Shown one piece after another: positions 36,329-47,264 of a stretch of 64,000 nt of DNA. Each line of letters starts with the position of its first letter. Position 1 is the first letter of the stretch. The notes under the pieces were generated by a model, which saw nothing but the letters and a program-made list of their open reading frames with translations, was not told where the DNA came from and made no database searches. The stretch comes from Selaginella moellendorffii. Its lineage: Eukaryota; Plantae; Lycopodiophyta. The DNA is taken from positions 1,596,602 to 1,660,601 of the forward strand of contig NW_003314298.1 of the NCBI RefSeq assembly GCF_000143415.4. Reading direction: 5' to 3'. The position numbers were made by a program, and so were the translations under genes.

Positions 36329-36887
36329 TTATTCCGGGGATGGTTTAGGAGGAAGGGCATAAGTCGCAGCCTTACTATCGACTTCCTCCTTGTTGGACCC
36401 GACAACCACGTCGATTTGCCGTCCACCCCTGATGAACACGAACGTTGGAACGGACTTGACACCCCACTGCGCGGTCACGTCCTGCGATTCACTCCAAGAA
36501 AACCCACAAGAAATCCAGCGTGAGTTCTTCGCCGCGCTTGATCAAGATCAAGATCTTGGTTCTTACCGGGAGCATGTCGACGTCGATCCTCACGAAGTAC
36601 ATCCCCGGGTGCTTCTTCGAGATCTCGTCGAATTGCGGGTTGATCTCCTTGCACTTGTTACACCAGGACGCCACGAAGCTCACGACCATCTGCGAGAGAG
36701 GCAGCGCAATGGAGAAGAAGCAAAGAAAAGAGAGGCATGGCGAGAGCGCGATGGGCGAAGCAAACCTTACAGGCTTGTAAATGTCGATGGATCGCCTGAG
36801 CTTGATGCGCCAGTCCTCGCCCGTGTCCGCATTCTCCACCGCCACCGGCAGATCCAGCGCCGGCGCGGCGTCTTTTCCCTTCTTCAT
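36329..36887 (-). CDS. Thioredoxin with h-type gene structure (3 exons) and atypical WCNKC active site
   Basis: Spliced: ...IYKP|MVVSFVASWCNKCKEINPQF...IDVDMLP|DVTAQWGVKSVPTFVFIRGGRQIDVVVGSNKEE. Confidence 0.85.
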
Positions 36888-36961
36888 CAAGGGTTTAGGG
36901 CAAGAAAAGGCGCGAAACGACTCAATAGACAGTATGGGCTTGAGGTGTGTTACGTGTACCA

Positions 36962-37032
36962 GCGCAGCTGGTGTAGTGGTATCATAGTACCCTCCCACGG
37001 TACTGACCGGGGTTCGATTCCCCGGCTGCGCA
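36962..37032 (+). tRNA. tRNA-Gly (CCC)
   Basis: Acceptor GCGCAGC/GCTGCGC, anticodon stem GTACC-CT CCC AC-GGTAC, T-arm CGGGG-TTCGATT-CCCCG, followed directly by a T7 Pol III terminator. Confidence 0.95.
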
Positions 37033-37249
37033 TTTTTTTAGAAAATGCTCAAATTTTCCATTTTTTTCGCCCAAAGTTTCTATTTGAATCGAAGTTGTAA
37101 TCAAGCTCCAACTTTGAAGGCTGCGGCATGCTTGTAAAGGACTAAATAAAAACAAGAGTAATTCTAGAACTGAGGTCCATTCATGGTGATAACTCTACGA
37201 TGGTTTTTCGATACTTCCGCAAATACCAAGAAAAAGGAGTGAAGTACAT

Positions 37250-37600
37250 TCAACGCCTTCTTCTCTTTCTCGTCCGCCTGCGCGAACGGCGGGTCGATAG
37301 TCGGGAACGGCTGCGGGACGACGATTTGGATCTCCTTGTCGCAGAAAAGAAAGTCTTTTTCTTGCGCTTGAACCTGTACCTGCCCCGCACTCGCTCCACG
37401 CGCCCGCCCTGAGCAAGCCCAAACATCGTCCGGCAGATGACGAACTTGAACTTGGGCGGCAGCTTGGGTCCAAACTTTCGCCTCACCCGCCTCGCAACCC
37501 CGCCGGGCGTGCAACCCTTCTTGGATTTGAGCGCCATCACCGTCTCCCTCACCACCTGCGCCTCCGCCAACTTTCCTCCTCCTACTCGCCTCCTCGCCAT
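37250..37600 (-). CDS. Histone-H1-derived, Arg-rich protamine-like basic protein (single exon)
   Basis: GH1-like core (ETVMALKSKKG...KLPPKFK...LAQGGRVERVRGRYRF) plus Arg/Ser tail; 30 Arg and 14 Lys in 116 aa. Confidence 0.8.
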   Translation of the reverse strand: MARRRVGGGKLAEAQVVRETVMALKSKKGCTPGGVARRVRRKFGPKLPPKFKFVICRTMFGLAQGGRVERVRGRYRFKRKKKTFFSATRRSKSSSRSRSRLSTRRSRRRTRKRRRR

Positions 37601-37920
37601 CTCTTCGCTGCTCCAATCTCTCGAAGAACAACGGTTCGCAGGTTTTTGAAAAAAATCGAATATTCTTTGGTTTTATCCCCTATATTTCAGTTGTTTCAAA
37701 GATGGTATATCCGTTTTCGCGTTTTGTGCATGTGTGTATTTGTAGCATTCACCTTTAATATCGGGATAAGATCTGTCTGTTGTTATTGTTTATAAAACTC
37801 TTGACTGTATATATGTCTGTACATTTTGGAAAAGGGGATGGAGGAGCACTGGCTCACTCCATCGCAGGGAGGACGATCCAAAGTGTGGAAAAAAGGAGAC
37901 AAGAAAAATCCCTGGGATCA

Positions 37921-40900
37921 TCACCGCTGCTTCTTTCTGTTGCTGAAGAACAAGCTGAGAAGTGCCACCGCTCGCGCTCCAATGCCGTATGCGATGAGCA
38001 CGGCCACGCAGAGGTTGAAGTGATTGAGGTCGTACCCTGATCTCGCCAGAGCTCCGCATCGAGTTATCAGCCATACTCCAGAGTACCTGATGTTTTCGCA
38101 CGGGTTAAATCCAAAGATACTTAGAACTCTCCAATCGTACCTTTGTGCGTTTGCAACAACGTACGCCTCGAGCGCCCACCGGGCATAGCTGCCTTGGATG
38201 AGAACTTTAAGGATTCCTGTTGCGCCTGTTCTTGTGGCTACCAGCGTTGATACAACTGGGAAGAACACGCAGCACTGCAGCAGAAAAGCGGTGTAAGCAA
38301 GCCGAGAAAGAAAAGGACATATACGGACTAGTTAACTCTTACCAGTTGAGCTGTCGATGGTTGCATGAGAATCGCAAAGACGTATGCGATCCCAGTGATG
38401 CAGTAAATAAATGCCAAGGTGATGATGTAGTTGGAAATGAATGTTGACCTCGGGTTGCAGAAGAAATAAAACATGGATAAATAGACGAATGGCTTGACGA
38501 CTGTGTTGAAGTGATCCACGGTATCCTTGGCAAGAAAAAACGCTACCCGGTTTATCCCGGAAGCACTCTCCCGCCAGAACTGGAGTTTATCGGCGGAGAA
38601 CGTTCTAAGAGCTGATATCATACACAGGAGAGCTGTGCACGGCACGAAAACAAAGCGTAAGTTGGAGACAAAACTTAAGCTTTCCAAGCACTTACAGAGA
38701 GCAATGATAGAATAAGGATATCCGTTTGCCCCTAGAGCTTGGTCTTTGGCGTCTGCGAGTAGCCCCACGCAAATACCGGCAAGAAACAAGATAATGTAAT
38801 CTTGGACCAAAAGTCTAGCTTCTCGGAACCGCTGCTTGGATACTCTGATTACAGCAGAGAAAAAAAAAACATTAAGTAACCGAATGAAACGAAAACCAGC
38901 AGTGCTACAAACCTTCCCAAGATGAGGCTGAACTGCGAAAAGAAACCAGGTATCTTTCGACCTGTTATATCCGGAACCGAGAAGACAGCATGCCGAATTC
39001 CATCCCACCACACGACTACTGGTTCCTTCAGCTCTTGCCAAGCTTCCTCTCTGAAAGTTTTCGTCTGTTCCAGCTTCTTGCGAGAAACGATACTGAAGTC
39101 ACTTTCAGCAACAGCGGCCATCTCTTTAAGTTCGTCAGGTATTGGATGCCCCTCGTGTTGCATCCAAATAATTGGGAGCATCGAAGGGTCAAACGTGGGG
39201 TTCCCTTCAGGCTTCACTACCCCTTCGAGAAGATCCATGTAGTGATCTGGAGGATTAATCCGTTCTGGAACAACAACCCCAAGAGATATGAAGTAGCTCT
39301 CAACATCGGCAACTGGCCCCAAGTAAGCGGTCCGACCACCTTTAGCCAAAAACATCACGTAGTCGAACATCATGAACAGTCCATAACTGCAAAAAAAAAC
39401 AGTTAAATCCTTTGAATCGGAATCACGAAAGCAACTTCTGTACCTCGGCTGATGAAGAACCACCACCACATTGACTCCTAACATAGCTTCTCTTCGCAAA
39501 GCTTGTACCACCAACCGTGAGGATGTACTGTCCAATCCAGAAGTAGGCTCGTCGAGGATTAGAAGTGAAGGCTCCATGACCATCTCGAGTCCCACATTGA
39601 CTCTTTTCCTTTGTCCTCCAGAGATTCCACGCTTTTCAACAGTGCCAACCAAGGAATCTCGAATCGGACCCAGCCCCAGTGAAGAAATAATTCTTTCGAC
39701 TAGTAGAACTCGCTCACGTTTGGGCAAATCAACACTGAGCCTGCAACAAACTTACAGTTAGACAAGAGTAGCGACAACAAAAGAGACAAAGTAACGAACC
39801 TGTATTTCGAGCTAAAGACGAGATTCTCTTCCACCGTCAAACTTCCATGAACAATATCATCTTGAGGGACGAATCCAATGATTTTCCTGTACGATCGTAT
39901 CGACCCCTGCTTCCCATTAATGTACATGTGCCCGGTGGTGTTACACTCACTTGCGGCTTTGCCAGCGACCGCATTTAAAAATGTTGTCTTCCCTGCTCCG
40001 GATGGTCCCATGATTGCCGTGATGTCTCCAGGCGTCAGCTTTCCAGTAACATTCGACAAAATCCTCTTCCCGGTTTTCTTGAGAACCATCGTAAGATTCT
40101 CAAATCGAAGTTCTATGAGTGGCCGCTTCCTGCCGCCGTCGGCTACCATGTTAGCGGTGGACTCTTTGATGAAGTCGGTTGCTTTCTCCTGCTCAATCTG
40201 CCTGAAAGCGTAGCCGAAAATCTGGCTCTCAGTATCGCTGCTCTTGTCCATGTGTACCCCGCCATGTTTAGCAGCGTACGCCATTGGAGGCATTGCTAGC
40301 TGTGGAGGATGAGTGCCCGTGGGACTTGCCTGCATTACTACGTGTTCCTGGTCATGGGACTTGGAAAACCCCATAGGCGTCAGCTCCTGTATCTCTTCCG
40401 AACTTTTCACTCGCTTCCGCGAGAACGTTCTGCTGAACTTGGAACTGAATGTCTTGGCTCTCTTGGATACTTCTTTCGTAACTTTCCAGCGCTCCATCGC
40501 AGAGACATGCTCTCGAGCTTGGCGTGCAGCTTTCTCACGAGCTTTAGACTTTCGTTTATCTCGAAAGTTCATGACTTGGTCCGAGCAACTGTAAACGAGA
40601 ACCAGCGACATGGCAAGGATAGTCTGCAGTTAAGTTGCCAAGAGTCAGAAAATCCTATCGGGACGAAAAAAGTTGCTTACTATAAACAATGCGCCATAGA
40701 CGCGTAAATTTTGGCGGTCCGATCCCGTCTTGCAGGACGTAAACTTGTAACATCCTGAGGTACTAAAATCGTTAATGACAATCAAGGAAGGAAAAACACA
40801 AAAAAAGAGTCAAACTTACGTTTTGGAGAAGTGGCGCCTTCCCTACAGTAGTTCCTGCGAAAAAACAGCAAACATTAGATTCGAGTTGAAAAAAACGTGG

Positions 40901-41894
40901 AGGCGTTACCCGCTTGTGCATGACTGCGTCAATACAGGTGAAGGACAATATTGACCCGGCTCACAGTATACTCCGGGAGAACTGGTTACATCGGCCCATC
41001 TATCCGCTCCTCCACACACGACATTAGGACTTCGACCATAACCATATCTATAGAACAGGGGAATGTGATAGATAAAGAACGTCGAAAGCATATCTTACGG
41101 ATCACAGTTGCCGCTGGTCTCGTTGAAAATCGCTCTTGGACAATAAGCTCCCAACGGGCAAGCTGCGCAAAACCACGTTAAAACGTCTTCTCAAGTAACT
41201 AAACGAACGTACGAATCATGCAGCTGAGTCCTCGAGGACAGAAGAATCCATCGCAGCACGGCTGAGGGTTTAAGTTCCGAACCGAAATCTCGTCTGGGAT
41301 TTCGGTTTGGGACACGCTACTGGCCCATCCAGCCTCGCACCCATCCGACCAATTCGAGACATTGCAGTTCAAGTTTTGTTCGACAGCGTGACCGGTGCTT
41401 TGGAGCGATTTAAAATACAACTCAATCTCCGCCCTGCCGCAGAGCCGGGTCAAGAGACTCCCACCTGTAATAAAAGTAAAGTCAGGAATTCTATCCCAGG
41501 AAAGCAGGCATTTGCTTTACCGTTTGCGCAGTCTCTGATAAAGGAATCGTCTGTGTAGTCGAAAGCTAAATCTCTATCTTCGTTACTGCATCCACAGCAT
41601 TCCAAAGGAAAGTTAGAAGGATGGAAAGAAATGAGAGGGGAAAAAAAAAAGCGCCACTCACCCATTGACGATGCAAAAGCTAAACTTCGATGCCACTTCG
41701 TCTGTGAGCTGCTGTGTCCTATTTCTGAGAAGGGCTCTAGCTTGGAGCTCTGGCGAGAAGGGAGATCCAGGGTCGAAAGGCGGAGGAATCACAGACGGCA
41801 ACGGTGGAGCCAAACCACCAAACTGCTGAGCTCTCGCCAATGCAAGCCATAGAAATATCACGAACGCTAGACCCTGAGCGATCTTTCTCCCCAT
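37921..41894 (-). CDS. ABCG half-transporter with Cys-rich extracellular N-terminus (ABCG24/28-like)
   Basis: Signal peptide, Cys-rich region ([11 protein letters not shown]), [39 protein letters not shown]-terminal TM domain. Confidence 0.93.
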
Positions 41895-42660
41895 ATTCCA
41901 CTCTTTCCCGCAATCCCGGCCCCTATTCTACCGCTTCCAGCTCCTAATCGATCAAGAATCCCGAAATCTCTGCCCGGCGCCTCGAAGAACACACCGCATT
42001 CGTGGATCTTGACCTGGAAAGCACTGGGACTATCGCGGTGAGCTGCTGCGTCCGCCAAACAAGACGGGCATTGCGTTTACCTGTTCTTGCCACGCGAATC
42101 GGTTGACTCGAGAGAGATTCCAGCGCCGCGGTGGTGCCGCAACGCCTGTTGACGGATTCCAGAAAGGGCTAGCCGCTATCGATAGGCGAGGCGCGGCCGA
42201 TCCCTCCATCGCTTCCCTCCCTCACAGACGTGACAAAGAAAAATCATAAGAAAGAAAAGTATAGACTATTTCAAACGTGAGAGTGAGAGGTCGTCGGTCT
42301 CGGGAATCGAACCCAGGCCTCTGCGCTAAAGGCATTTTGGCTGATTATTCTTGTCGGAATCGGCGTGCCTGTTAGATTTTGTTCCCCTGCCACGTGGTTA
42401 ACGATCCAGCAATCCCAGGCACCCAAATTCCGGGATGGAATTCGCTACCGTACACGGCACTAGCATTTCCCAAGAACTTGTCATGAGCTACTCGTGATGG
42501 TGTCCAGGCCATCCTCGGCAATGAAAATCCTCCTCCCTCCAAAATCCCTGCTAGAAAAAAGAAACGCTTTTCTTTGCCGGATTCGCGTCTCTTCAACACT
42601 GTGCTTTGCGCAGCTGCGATAGAGATGTTATTATTAAAGGAAAAACCACCCCGCCGGACC

Positions 42661-44333
42661 TTATAGCTCTCTAGTTTTTCTTCGCAATTCGTTTAGCTCC
42701 TTTTCGATCTCGACGTCTGCGAATGCGTTGCTGCCAACGGGGGATCGCCCAGCCGGGAGCTCGCCAGCTTTCTGAATGAGTGAGACCAGTAGGAAAGCTT
42801 TAGATTAGACCCACGAAAATGTGAAAGAGAGAGAGTGTGAGAGACACATACCTTGGAAGTACCAAGCATCTCTTGCTTTAGCGCCGCGAGGTCGTCATCA
42901 ACACTGTCGCTCTCCAGTAGAGCAAACTGTTTCAAGGACAATGACAATATCGCGTGAAAAAATTACTTAAGAAAGAAGAACCATTCTCTAAGCATACCTT
43001 TCCAGCGAGCTCGTCCGTGTTGAGCTCGTTCAATGAGTCGGCTTCCGCTTCCAGGGCGGTCACTGGAGAAGAGAAACAAAACATTAGCGCGAGAAATAGT
43101 GATGATTGTCCACGTAGTTGAAGATTACCTTTCTCTTCCATTTTTTCAAAGGCTGCCAAAGCACTGCTCGTGTTGATGTTTCCCAGCATCTCATTGACCT
43201 TTTGCGACGTTCTGTTCACCGAATAGTTTAGCTGACTGTATCAATAATGGATGCGGCAAAACACACCTTGCAGATTGCGCTCTGGCTTTCAGAGTATCCT
43301 TTTTCGACCTGGCCTCTTGAATCTTGCTCTCGAGAAGCTGCACGTGTAACACAAGCGCTTAAGCACGAAATTCACCGACAACAAAACACTGTACTCTGGT
43401 GCTGGATATCAACTTCTCCACGACGGACTTTTGTTGGTCAAGCTGCGTCCTCAGCGCCTTAGCATTTTCCTGCCGGACAGACAAATCATTGAAGCAAAAG
43501 CTCGAATGTGGCTAAAAGAAAAGCTATGAACCTCGTAATCTTTTCTCCTCTTCAAGGCTTCTCGGGCAAGAACTTCGTCTCCCTTTTCCAGTGCCAGTTT
43601 TGCTCTTTTATACCTATAAATCAATAATTTAGCACCAGCTTAGAGAGAGTGAGAACATGTATACCAGCTTTGAGAGTTCTCTTCGGCCTGCCTATACTTG
43701 TTCTCTAGTTGTTTCTGAGATGCTAATACCTTCAAAGAAGTTATTGAAGATGTAAGTTGCGATTCAATAAAACAAAAACTAGAAGGCTTCAAACCTGGGC
43801 AGATGCCTGACGCATTTTGATGAGATCCTCATTCATCTCGAGCACTGTCTGATCAAGCAGCTTTTCTGGATCCTCGGCAGCACTTACCGCAGCATTTACG
43901 TAAGACTTGGCTTGAAAAGAAAACTCATCAGCGTCTAGACAAAGCTAAAAAAAAATTGGTTTTTCCATTGCATACCCGGACTACTCTAATAACTCGCTCA
44001 AAAATGTTCATTCGAGCCCCCATTGCCCCTTGTCCATCCCGGCTCGACGAAGCCACCACTGCTGCCAGCAGCGAAATTCCATTTCCTGGAGAAAATCAAG
44101 AAAATTTAGAGTGGAAGAATTTTTTTCTACCAAGCAAACAAACCTCCATTGAAAAATCTAGAGCGCGAAGACAAGCTTAGCTGCGAGCTGTGAAGAAACA
44201 TTCCCCGGGACTGAACAGTGAGATTTCGCCTTGCCACAAGTGTCACCGGCGAGAATTGGCACTTGCATGACGCTCCAAAGCTCGATCCAGTCGCCTTGCC
44301 CGCGCACACAATCGGAGCTCCAATCGCGGCCAT
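42661..44333 (-). CDS. VIPP1: Vesicle-inducing protein in plastids 1 (PspA/IM30 family)
   Basis: Transit peptide; [43 protein letters not shown]-terminal [11 protein letters not shown]. Confidence 0.93.
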
Positions 44334-44590
44334 CGCGGACGCCAAATCCTAGTTTCTAGAGCCCCATTCTCTGCCCCACCGCCACATCCAAACCCTAACC
44401 CACCACAGCAGCGCTAATGGAGAATTCACCGCCTCGACCGCGCGAGACGAAGGAAGAGAGAAGAATCTAGGGCTATAGAGTAATTAGGGTTTATGAAACG
44501 AGGGCCAGCCACGTGGAAGACCAAGATAAGCAGCCGTGGCAACCACGTCATATCCACGTGTCGGCCACATCAAAACCTCCATCCACAGCT
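44334..44590. promoter_or_regulatory. Bidirectional promoter between VIPP1 and CHLM
   Basis: 257 bp between divergent ATGs; CACGTG x2, CCACGTCA, GATAAG I-box, telo-box motifs (AAACCCTAA/TTAGGGTTT). Confidence 0.6.
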
Positions 44591-45526
44591 ATGGCGTTCT
44601 CCTCCTCGCTCCTCCCAGCTCCGCCATTCGCCGCCCGCACCGCCGCCCAATCGCCGCCTCCCCGGCGCCTCCACCGAGGGCGATCGATCTGCAATGCGTC
44701 ACTGGAGGAGCCCAGCAGCCTGAGCTTCGCACTGGTGAGTGGCGGAGTGATAGCCGCGCTGGCGGCGACGCTGTCCCTGGCGGATCCCGAGCGGCGGAGG
44801 CAGCGGCAGGCGGCGAGCGTGGCTGGCGGGGACGAGAAGCTCGTTGTCAAGGACTACTTCAACACTGCCGGATTCGAGCGGTGGAAGCGCATCTATGGCG
44901 AGGCCGAGGACGTGAACTCCGTCCAGCTGGATATCCGCCAAGGCCACGCACAGACCGTGGAGAAGACCCTGTCGCTGCTCGCCCGAGATGGATCGATCCA
45001 AGGCCTTTCCTTCTGCGACGCTGGCTGTGGAACTGGAAGCCTGGCCATCCCTCTAGCTCTGCGAGGAGCCACCGTCTTCGCCAGTGACATATCCTCGTCC
45101 ATGGTTGCCGAAGCCGAGAGACGAGCTCGAGAGGCGCTCAAGTCGGATCCAGCATTGCAGCTGCCAAAGTTTTCTGCCCAGGATCTGGAGAGCCTGAGTG
45201 GGAAGTACCACACCGTTGCCTGCCTCGACGTTCTCATCCACTATCCCCAGGACAAAGCCGACGGGATGATCCGCCACCTCGCGTCCCTGGCCGAGAGCCG
45301 GTTGATCATCAGCTTTGCGCCGAAGACGTGGTACTACTCCCTGCTCAAGCGAATCGGGGAGCTCTTTCCCGGGCCTTCGAAAGCTACCAGAGCTTACTTG
45401 CATGCCGAGGAGGACGTCGAGGCCGCCTTGAGAGCGGCTGGCTGGATCGTTCGTAACCGAGACATGACTGCCACCAGGTTCTACTTCTCGAGATTGTTGG
45501 AGGCGGTTCCTGTAGGATCTGCTTGA
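44591..45526 (+). CDS. CHLM: Mg-protoporphyrin IX methyltransferase (single exon)
   Basis: YFNTAGFERWKRIYG, VQLDIRQGH, CDAGCGTG, CLDVLIHYP, GELFPGPSKATRAYLH, FYFSRLLEA. Confidence 0.96.
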   Translation: MAFSSSLLPAPPFAARTAAQSPPPRRLHRGRSICNASLEEPSSLSFALVSGGVIAALAATLSLADPERRRQRQAASVAGGDEKLVVKDYFNTAGFERWKRIYGEAEDVNSVQLDIRQGHAQTVEKTLSLLARDGSIQGLSFCDAGCGTGSLAIPLALRGATVFASDISSSMVAEAERRAREALKSDPALQLPKFSAQDLESLSGKYHTVACLDVLIHYPQDKADGMIRHLASLAESRLIISFAPKTWYYSLLKRIGELFPGPSKATRAYLHAEEDVEAALRAAGWIVRNRDMTATRFYFSRLLEAVPVGSA

Positions 45527-45610
45527 ATGAATCTCACACTTGCAAGCGATTAGACTGAAGAGAAGTACAAACTTACTCGGAGACGAAGTAGAAAGAAGAG
45601 AAAAAAAACA

Positions 45611-47011
45611 TTATTTTTCAGATATGAACATAAGATCACTCAACTTTCTTTGCGTCCTCGCATTTCAATGCTTTCAATTTACGGTACCCCTTGTCAGTCC
45701 CGAATATCCTGCAAAAACTCGGTCAGCCACGCCACCAAGAAGAATGCTACAGCTTACCAATCCATGTACGTGAAAGTCGATGCGTAGTTTCCGGATTTCG
45801 TGAAAAGCAGCCGATGATGATAATCGTGAAAGTCCGCTCTACGAGAAGATATAGGTATATCATTGACCATTCCGAAAAGAAGTGAACAAAAACAAAAGCT
45901 AGACCCGACATACCCTCCGTAGATTGGAAGAAATCTCGAAAGGCTCCACGGGAAGTCATAGCCGCAGTGAGCTTCAACCGTCTCGAGTACTCTTACGCTC
46001 ATCCACAACCACAGCGTTATCAAATGCGGTCCCGTAATAGCGGGGCCAAAAATCGTCGCAAAACCGAGAAAGAGAATTTCTGCTGGATGAGCATACTCCG
46101 ATGTCAAACCAAAGGGAGTGGCATATCTGTAAGCCCAGAAATGTACCATTGTCATGCCTGAAAGACGAGAAACAAGGTCACTCACTCGTGATGAACGCTG
46201 TGAACGTGCTTATAAAGCCATTTCGTGTGCAGGACCCGATGGCCCCAGTAGAAGATGAAGTCTTCGAGAATGAAGTACGAAACAATTTGGAAAAGAACGG
46301 TCTTCCTGCAAAACCAGCGTCCATCAAACCAGACTCGTCAACGAAACAAAACGTGGCTTACCATGAAGGAAAGGGCAATGTACTTCTGAAGCCCATGTAT
46401 TTGAACGCTGGATAGGAAACAACCATGAGCGGCAGATTGACGCAGGTGTGGTACAACAACAAACGCAAGATGCACTTCTCCTGCGCTGCCGGTGTGTTCA
46501 TCTTGCCCTGCTCGCTATCGTTAGAACAAGCTCTCATCGAAAAAGAAAGGAAAACAAAGAGAAAGAGTCCTCGTACCTGGATCTTATACTTCGTCATCCC
46601 CCACTTCTCCATCATAAGGTAGGGAATCCCGGACAGGAAAAAAACACTCTCATGAATGATAAAGCTGCCCAGTGATGCTAGCTGAAAATCACTGAAGTTG
46701 TTGATCAAGTACTGCAAAAAAGTACGATACAAAGCGAAAGATAAATAGCCGGAAGAACACAACTCTCAAAAAACCAAGACAAAAAAAAGAAGAGAAGATG
46801 TTCACGAGCAACAATCAAGTCAGCTGTGCAAGCATCGCGACTTGAAACGAAATCTCGCGAGTAATTCAATGTGCTGTGCCTCGGAACTGGATGCGCGGCA
46901 TTAGAGGCAGCATGCATCTCGATTGTGAAATGAGGCACAGAGAAACGCGAAATATCTCCACAACAAGCAAGACCGACATACCAGCCACGCCGTTTCCAGC
47001 GCCGAAGCCAT
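45611..47011 (-). CDS. SMO2: Sterol 4-alpha-methyl oxidase 2
   Basis: MASALETAWL|YLINNFSDFQLA; FYWGHRVLH, HSVHHEY, TVEAHCGYDFPW, FHDYHH His boxes; WIFGTDKGYR. Confidence 0.93.
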
Positions 47012-47264
47012 TCCTCCTCCGCCTCTCCAGCCCTCGGCCCTAATCTCCTCGCGCCTCGCTCGCCAGATCTTTCCTGCATTACACCATCACGATTCAGCGC
47101 ATCCGCCAGTGCCAGTCGATTGAATCTACATTGGCGCAGCGGGGAGGAGCACGCTCGTCGCCGCTCTCGCCGCTCTCGCCGCTCAAAGCTTCCTCTAAAC
47201 CCTAAGAAATAAAAGGTAAAACATAAATTATAACGGTCCTTTACACTGTTAGTTTAAAAAGCTT

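Noticed and set aside
42290-42335. Minus-strand GGTTCGATTCCC T-arm-like motif
   Set aside because: Cannot fold into a cloverleaf; at most a tRNA or SINE remnant.
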